Shown one piece after another: positions 55,358 through 64,000 of a DNA stretch of 64,000 nt. The stretch's first letter is position 1; each line of letters starts with the position of its first letter. The notes beneath the pieces were generated by a model that was not told the DNA's origin, made no database searches, and saw nothing but the letters and a program-made list of their open reading frames with translations. This stretch comes from Eledone cirrhosa. Taxonomy: Eukaryota. The position numbers were made by a program, and so were the translations under genes. The stretch is from assembly GCA_964016885.1 (NCBI GenBank), contig OZ024765.1, positions 4,526,001 to 4,590,000 on the forward strand, in the 5' to 3' direction.

Positions 55358-55458
55358 TGCCATCAGTTTTCAAACTCGTAGCTGAAGGCTTTCAAAATAT
55401 TTATTTATAAACATACCGTAAATTGCCAAATATAAAACTTCACATATTTCATATATTT

Positions 55459-55511
<53 letters not shown>

Positions 55512-55580
55512 CATATAAAATGAAATGATGAATGATGATGATATATATATACATATACATATATATATATATACATATAC

Positions 55581-55627
<47 letters not shown>

Positions 55628-55660
55628 CATATACATATACATATATATATATACATATAC

Positions 55661-55692
<32 letters not shown>

Positions 55693-55772
55693 ATATATAC
55701 AATATACATATAAATTTGTACATATATATACATATAATTATATGAATGTATATATGTATATATATATATATA

Positions 55773-55945
55773 TACCGTATTTCTCGGCATTGAAGGTGCT
55801 ACTGTTTTCCTAAAATAAGTCTCAAAAAGCTACAATGCGTCCTGGAGGCCGAAGGTTGATTATTTTTTATTTTTCAAATCTTTTGTTGTCAAAATTAGAG
55901 TCTCTCCTCAAGGGTGAAGCATCTTCGGCGCCGGGAAATAGTGTA
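55773..55945. mobile_element. pogo-like MITE
   Basis: TA-CCGTATTTCTCGGC...GCCGGGAAATAGTG-TA imperfect TIRs. Confidence 0.65.
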
Positions 55946-57445
55946 ACTCTTTAGTATTTACATTACGCTATATATACTATTGTATTTTCACAGTAAAGTC
56001 TTTACCTCACATAATATCTCACATAACATTTACATTACTCTATATATACTATTGTATTTTCACAGTAAAGGCTTTACCTCACATAATATCTCACATAACA
56101 TTTACATTACTCTATATATACTATTGTATTTTCACAGTAAAGGCTTTACCTCACATAATATCTCACATAACATTTACATTACTCTATATATACTATTGTA
56201 TTGTCACAGTAAAGGCTTTACCTCCCATAATATCTCACATAACATTTACATTACTCTATATATACTATTGTATTTTCACAGTAAAGGCTTTACCTCACAT
56301 AATACCTCACATAACATTTACATTACTCTATATATACTATTGTATTTTCACAGTAAAGGCTTTACCTCACATAATATCTCACATAACATTTACATTACTC
56401 TATATATACTATTGTATTTTCACAGTAAAGGCTTTACCTCACATAATACCTCACATAACAATTACATTACTCTATATATACTATTGTATTGTCACAGTAA
56501 AGGCTTTACCTCACATAATATCTCACATAACATTTACATTACTCTATATATACTATTGTATTTTCACAGTAAAGGCTTTACCTCACATAACATTTACATT
56601 ACTCTATATATACTATTGTATTTTCACAGTAAAGGCTTTACCTCACATAATATCTCACATAACATTTACATTACTCTATATATACTATTGTATTTTCACA
56701 GTAAAGGCTTTACCTCACATAATACCTCACATAACATTTACATTACTCTATATATACTATTGTATTGTCACAGTAAAGGCTTTACCTCACATAATATCTC
56801 ACATAACATTTACATTACTCTATATATACTATTGTATTTTCACAGTAAAGGCTTTACCTCACATAATACCTCACATAACATTTACATTACTCTATATATA
56901 CTATTGTATTTTCACAGTAAAGGCTTTACCTCATATAATATCTCACATAACATTTACATTACTCTATATATACTATTGTATTTTCACAGTAAAGGCTTTA
57001 CCTCACATAATATCTCACATAACATTTACATTACTCTATATATACTACTGTATTTTCACAGTAAAGGCTTTACCTCACATAATATCTCACATAACATTTA
57101 CATTACTCTATATATACTATTGTATTTTCACAGTAAAGGCTTTACCTCACATAATATCTCACATAACATTTACATTACTCTATATATACTATTGTATTTT
57201 CACAGTAAAGGCTTTACCTCACATAATATCTCACATAACATTTACACTACTCTATATATACTATTGTATTGTCACAGTAAAGGCTTTACCTCACATAATA
57301 TCTCACATAACATTTACACTACTCTATATATACTATTGTATTTTCACAGTAAAGGCTTTACCTCACATAATATCACACATAACATTTACATTACTCTATA
57401 TATACTATTATATTTTCACAGTAAAGGCTTTACCTCACATAATAT
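55943..57445 (+). mobile_element. MITE family 1 left end plus a 72-bp array (~21 copies), right end lost
   Basis: GTAACTCTTTAGTATTTACATTAC start, then the array. Confidence 0.9.
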
Positions 57446-57578
57446 TATTTGCAACATGTTTTCCTGGATATGTTCTGGAACTTTCTCTTCCTGCTATTTC
57501 AAGCGTTAACCTAATATATTCCTTCCATATACTGTACCGATTGTGGTGTTATTTCTGTTTACCTTTTACATACATATA

Positions 57579-57692
<114 letters not shown>

Positions 57693-57854
57693 CATATATA
57701 TTTATAACCAAAGATTAATATGGTTCATTGATTACTCAATGAATACAATTTTACAATAGATTAGAAGCACTCAACAAAAAAAAGTTTTCCTGGAGTTTTT
57801 AATATTATACAAAATATTAACAAATGAAGGATATTCACATAATCAAAATATATA

Positions 57855-57914
57855 TTTATTATATATATTTCAAAGGTACTGTGTTGTTTTTTCAGTACGT
57901 CCTCGTCAGACAAA
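57855..57914 (-). ncRNA. Minimal type I hammerhead ribozyme
   Basis: TTTGT-CTGACGA-GGACGTACTG-[11 nt]-CAGTACCTTT-GAAA-TATATA-TA-ATAAA. Confidence 0.78.
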
Positions 57915-58002
57915 ATATATGATTTGATATATGACATACCTCAACGGTCTTGATGGCTCAATTCCAGTATTGGCACTATATATTATATATATATATATAT
58001 AT

Positions 58003-58191
58003 AACAAAGGAGTTGTGGTAAGGAACCACATGGACCATAACGCACCAAAGTACTCAATACTTAGGGTAGTAGAGTGGGTAATAGGAACAAGTATGACCCC
58101 GACGGCAGAGCTCAAGCCGTTTCGAGGGCTAATTCTGGACTAAAATTGCCGTCGAAACGGCTTGAGCTCTGCCGTCGGGGTCATACTTGTT

Positions 58192-58196
<5 letters not shown>
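58003..58196. mobile_element. Fold-back element in (TA)n with perfect 45-bp inverted arms
   Basis: Arms 58081-58125 and 58152-58196; body homologous to 53097-53270. Confidence 0.7.
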
Positions 58197-58236
<40 letters not shown>

Positions 58237-58848
58237 AAATAATGAAGAATAACATGGTCAGCTGTACAATAGGGTTTATTTAAAGTATTAACAATTGTTT
58301 CATTAGTCCAGTGTGCCTCCCCCACTCTCAAGAGCGTGAAACTAATAAACCTTTGTTCGTACTGCCTCTCTGTTTTGTTCCCGTTCCATTTTTCACTATA
58401 TATATATGTATGTATATGTATATGCGTATGTGTATATATATACATATATGTATGTGTGTATGTATATGTATATGCGTATGTGTATATATATACATATATG
58501 TATATGTATGTGTGTATGTATATGTATATGCGTATGTGTATATATATACATATATGTATATGTATGTGTATATGTATATGCGTATGTGTATATATATACA
58601 TATATGTATATGTATGTGTGTATGTATATGTATATGCGTATGTGTATATATATACATAGATGTATATGTATGTGTGTATTTATATGTATATGCGTATGTG
58701 TATATATATATATATATATACATATATGTATATGTGTATATATATACATATATGTATACATATATGTATACATCTCTGTATGCATATATGTATATATATA
58801 TATATACATATATGCATATGTGTGTGTGTATATATGTGTGTGTATATA

Positions 58849-58879
<31 letters not shown>

Positions 58880-59300
58880 GCACACACACACACACACACA
58901 TACGATATAACAGACAGAGAGAAAAGGTTGACTTTGGTTTCATAATTCATCATAATTGGAAAAGAAAAAGGAACAACTTGGAAAATATTGAAATATTTTA
59001 ATATTTCAATATTTCTATCTTTTGTTATTCTTCAAAGGAATATAAGAATATAGAAATATTTTATCTATTTACCATTGGGAATCTACTTCATCTATCTCTT
59101 TCCTTTGAATATATAGATACTGTGTATATATATATACTGTGTATATATACTGTGTATATATATGTGGATGTATGTGTGTGTGTCAGTGTATGAGTATGTG
59201 TGTGTGTCAGTGTATGTGTGTATGTGCATTGACACAGTATATATATACACACACATATATATATATATATGTACACACATGCAGACAGAGACACAAATAT

Positions 59301-59332
<32 letters not shown>

Positions 59333-59423
59333 TCATTTATTTATATACATTTATTTAATTATTTGTATACACGCACACACACACATATTTATATATATGT
59401 ACACACATGCAGACACAGACACA

Positions 59424-59474
<51 letters not shown>

Positions 59475-59714
59475 TATATATATATATTATTTATTTATAT
59501 ACATTTATTTAATTATTTGTATACACGCACACACACACACACACATATTTATGTGTGTGTATTTGTATACCTATGGCGAGTGTTTTCGCGTATGCTTGTG
59601 TATGTACGTATATGGATGCGTGTATGTATTTATTTAATCTCAATTACTTCTGTATTGTATTTTATTTACTTTATTCTTAACTCTGAAGCGGAGATTCATT
59701 CAGTCTCCTAAATA

Positions 59715-60270
59715 GAATTTTAGTCTACGACTTCTGCTATACCATTTACGTGGTTTGGTCTTTGCGTGCAATTGTTCTCTACGCTCCACATATGACGTAT
59801 TATCTTCGTTTTTTTCCGTTCATTGCCAGAGAACGTCTCTATGAACCACCTAAGAGAATATTAGTCTTCGACTTCTTTTATACCATAAACGTGGTTTTGT
59901 CTTTGCGTGCAATTGTTCTCTACGCTCCACATATGACGTATTATCTTCGTTTTTTTCCATTCATTGCCAGAGAACGTCTCTATGAACCACCTAAGAGAAT
60001 ATTAGTCTTCGACTTCTTTTATACCATAAACGTGGTTTTGTCTTTGCGTGCAATTGTTCTCTACGTTCCACATATGACGTATTATCTTCGTTTTTTTCCG
60101 TTCATTGCCAGAGAACGTCTCTATGAACCACCTAAGAGAATATTAGTCTTCGACTTCTTTTATACCATAAACGTGGTTTTGTCTTTGCGTGTAATTGTTT
60201 GACCGCACCAAATAATGACGTATTATATTCGTTTTTTCCCGTTCTTTGCCAGGGAACGTTTCCACGAACC
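59715..60270. repeat. 141-bp tandem repeat, ~3.7 copies
   Basis: CGTGGTTT.GTCTTTGCGTG at ~59749, 59890, 60031 and 60172. Confidence 0.95.
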
Positions 60271-60416
60271 AAAGTATCGTCTTCCTGTCTTCCTCCGGTT
60301 GCAATGTTTTTTGAAATATTCACTTCTGCGTTCACAGATTGACTTTGTTAGTTTCAGAAGATCCCGTTAAGGGTGAAAGCAGCGATTCTTTGCTTAAACT
60401 TTAATCTGTTATTTTA

Positions 60417-60472
<56 letters not shown>

Positions 60473-61082
60473 CTAATATTTCTTTGTTGTACTGAGTCAT
60501 TTGCTTTGTTATTTCTCTTTACTTTGTACATACATACAAATATACATACATACATATATATATATGTATACATATATATATATATATACACACACATAAT
60601 ATAAACATACATACATATCATATAAACATATATATATATATTATATATGTGTGTATGTATTATATATATATATATATATAAATATATATAAGTATGTATA
60701 TATATACATATATATATATAAATATATATACATATATATATATAAATATATATATAAATATATATAATATATATAAATATATATAATATATATAAATATA
60801 TATATATATGTATATATAAATATATATATATGTATATATATATATATGTATATATATAAATATATATATATGTATATATATATATATGTATATATATAAA
60901 TATATATATGTATATATATAAATATATAAATATATATAAATATATATATATATTTATATATATATATATGTTTGTTTATATGTATCTATCTATATATTAT
61001 ATATATATATTTATATATATATATGTTTGTTTATATGTATCTATATATATATTATATATATATATATATAAATATATATTAT

Positions 61083-61127
<45 letters not shown>

Positions 61128-61250
61128 GGAGGTGAGTTTTATTGTAGTACAATAAAGCAATGCAGATATCGGATAAGAAGCACTCTACAGTTTGTGGGAC
61201 TGGAGTATGCATAATATAAGATCAAAAGATGGTTAAAGGAGTTCAATATA

Positions 61251-61317
61251 TTTTATTATGCGCATTTCAAAAACAAACATCATCAAACAATAATATTTGT
61301 GTTTTCATCAGATAAAA
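61251..61317 (-). ncRNA. Minimal type I hammerhead ribozyme
   Basis: TTTTAT-CTGATGA-[16-position stem II, one mismatch, GTTT loop]-GAAA-TGCGCA-TA-ATAAAA. Confidence 0.88.
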
Positions 61318-61580
61318 CAGGAGAACATGATATGAAGGCTAAAAAAACACTTGTTGATAGTGCAGTTTTAAATCAACATATGAAAAGTGGTTTTAGATTG
61401 ATGTGTGATATTGGGAAAAATATTTTATTTAGAGAGGGGGGGAGAGAAAAGGATGAAAAGGGAAGGAGATGAGAGGGAGAGATGGGTGATAGAGAGAAAG
61501 AGATAGTTTTTATAACAGAGAGGAGATATATTTTATATAGAGGGGTTGAAAACCGTTGGAAGATACTGTATAAATTATTA

Positions 61581-61643
61581 TTATCTGATGAAAACACAAA
61601 TATTATTGTTTGATGATGTTTGTTTTTGAAATGCGCATAATAA
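61581..61643 (+). ncRNA. Inverted copy of the hammerhead, stem I shortened to 4 bp
   Basis: TTAT-CTGATGA-...-GAAA-TGCGCA-TA-ATAA. Confidence 0.8.
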
Positions 61644-61677
61644 AATATATTGAACTCCTTTAACCATCTTTTGATCT

Positions 61678-61710
<33 letters not shown>

Positions 61711-61724
61711 GATACATATAAACA

Positions 61725-61773
<49 letters not shown>

Positions 61774-61798
61774 TATAGATACATATAAACAAACATAC

Positions 61799-61829
<31 letters not shown>

Positions 61830-61930
61830 TATAAACATGCATATATACATACATATATATATATATATACACACATATAAACATGCATATATACATACAT
61901 ATATATATATATAAACATGCATATATACAT

Positions 61931-61976
<46 letters not shown>

Positions 61977-62499
61977 GTATTTATATACACACATATAAAC
62001 AGACATACACACACACTCACACACACACACACAGAGCTATATATATAATATCTAAAAAGATAAGACATCAGTCATTATTAAATTATACTGGTATAACAGT
62101 GAACAGAACTCCCTCCAGCCATATTCCAGAAATTATATTCTTTCTATTATACAATTTCTTAATGTTAAATCTATTTATTTCTTGAAATTGTAATTTAATA
62201 CATTTCAGGAATTTGGGGATAATTCTCTTGAGCAACTCAAGTTTACCTGCTCTCTTTTCTTCTTCAGTAGTCATATCATTATCATCATCATCATTATCAT
62301 CATTATCATTATCATCATTATTATTATCATCATTATCATCATTATCATCATTATTATCATTATCATCATCATTATCATCATCATCATCATTATCATCATC
62401 ATTATCATCATCATCATTATCATCACCATCACCATTATCACCCCTGGTAAGAATGGGCTGGACCACTACATATAAATAGTAGTGGCCTGAGTAAGTGGG

Positions 62500-63562
62500 C
62501 AAGTTGGTACTAGTTCCACAGTTGGTGTGTTGATAGTCAAAGTTGGTACTAGTTCCACAGTTGGTGTGTTGATAGTCAAAGTTGGTACTAGTTCCACAGT
62601 TGGTGTGTTGATAGTCAAAGTTGGTACTAGTTCCACAGTTGGTGTGTTGATAGTCAAAGTTGGTACTAGTTCCACAGTTGGTGTGTTGATAGTCAAAGTT
62701 GGTACTAGTTCCACAGTTGGTGTGTTGATAGTCAAAGTTGGTACTAGTTCCACAGTTGGTGTGTTGGTAGTCAAAGTTGGTACTAGTTCCACAGTTGGTA
62801 TTAGTTCCACAGTTGGTCTGTTGTTAGTCAAAGTTGGTACTAGTTCCACAGTTACTGTGTTGATAGTCAAAGTTGGTACTAGTTCCACAGTTGGTGTGTT
62901 GATAGTCAAAGTTGGTACTAGTTCCACAGTTGGTGTGTTGGTAGTCAAAGTTGGTACTAGTTCCACAGTTGGTATTAGTTCCACAGTTGGTCTGTTGTTA
63001 GTCAAAGTTGGTACTAGTTCCACAGTTACTGTGTTGATAGTCAAAGTTGGTACTAGTTCCACAGTTGGTGTGTTGATAGTCAAAGTTGGTACTAGTTCCA
63101 CAGTTGGTGTGTTGATAGTCAAAGTTGGTACTAGTTCCACAGTTGGTGTGTTGATAGTCAAAGTTGGTACTAGTTCCACAGTTGGTGTGTTGATAGTCAA
63201 AGTTGGTACTAGTTCCACAGTTGGTGTGTTGATAGTCAAAGTTGGTACTAGTTCCACAGTTGGTGTGTTGGTAGTCAAAGTTGGTACTAGTTCCACAGTT
63301 GGTGTGTTGATAGTCAAAGTTGGTACTAGTTCCACAGTTGGTGTGTTGATAGTCAAAGGTGGTACTAGTTCCACAGTTGGTACTAGTTCCACAGTTGGTG
63401 TGTTGATAGTCAAAGTTGGTACTAGTTCCACAGTTGGTGTGTTGATAGTCAAAGTTGGTACTAGTTCCACAGTTGGTGTGTTGATAGTCAAAGTTGGTAC
63501 TAGTTCCACAGTTGGTGTGTTGATAGTCAAAGTTGGTACTAGTTCCACAGTTGGTGTGTTGG
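62500..63562. repeat. 39-bp minisatellite, ~27 copies, with an 18-bp subunit
   Basis: AGTTGGTACTAGTTCCACAGTTGGTGTGTTGATAGTCAA. Confidence 0.97.
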
Positions 63563-63664
63563 ATTGTTTGTTCCATTACATGTGGTTATTGCCGTTTGTT
63601 TCGATTATATTGTTATTACACTGTTGCAGTGTATTTGTTTATCCCTCAGAAGACTGTTACCCAG

Positions 63665-63738
63665 GGTAAGATGCCGTGTTGTGAGACTAAACCCAGAACC
63701 ACATAGTTGTGAACCTCACTCTTTAACCACACAGCCAG
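63665..63738 (-). mobile_element. Decayed tRNA-like SINE head
   Basis: TGGCTGTGTGGTTAAAG...GGTTCTGGGTTTAGTCTC on the - strand. Confidence 0.55.
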
Positions 63739-64000
63739 ATTATTGTAGTTAGACTCCATCACCACCTTTATCCCTCCCCACTTCTCGATTCATTACAATT
63801 CTAGACTGTTCTCTTCATTAGTATTACAAGAACAAAAAACAATTTAACATAACTTAAAAAAATAAAACCGAAAAAAAAAATATTGAACACATCCATTTTC
63901 TCTAATCTATTATCAGTTTCTTCTTTAACTCTAAAAATCTATTGATTTATTTTAACTTGTGGCAAAACAACCAAAATTATTGCCAAAGTGTGTTAAATTA

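Larger units (their letters stand above)
61211..61685. mobile_element. Penelope-like non-coding insertion with 105-bp perfect inverted repeats
   Basis: Arms 61211-61315 and 61581-61685, each carrying a hammerhead motif. Confidence 0.8.

Noticed and set aside
58265-58360. Hammerhead half (GAAA-CAATTG-TT on the - strand)
   Set aside because: No CUGANGA core at the required position.

Overview
AT-rich, repeat-saturated animal DNA. The SINE, RTE and microsatellite content looks like an octopus or other coleoid cephalopod genome (inference). No complete protein-coding gene is visible, and nearly all long ORFs in the track are artefacts of microsatellites or of minisatellites whose unit is a multiple of 3. 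Recognisable parts: two main tRNA-headed SINE families; RTE, CR1/L2-type and CRE/RLE-type LINE fragments; an internally deleted mariner with 103-bp terminal inverted repeats; pogo/Tigger remnants; and a TTAA-flanked piggyBac-type MITE family that has produced a 72-bp satellite three times. The main hidden signal is a set of type I hammerhead ribozyme motifs in non-coding Penelope-like/retrozyme-like segments: five clear folds at 30.5, 52.8, 57.9, 61.3 and 61.6 kb, plus decayed copies. These include an identical inverted pair and a 644-bp unit with a terminal direct repeat. Also present are several (TA)n-centred palindromes, minisatellites derived from TE internal segments, a CTCF-like motif cluster and a few candidate + strand host exons (low confidence). 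All calls are by eye; no searches or folding programs were run.
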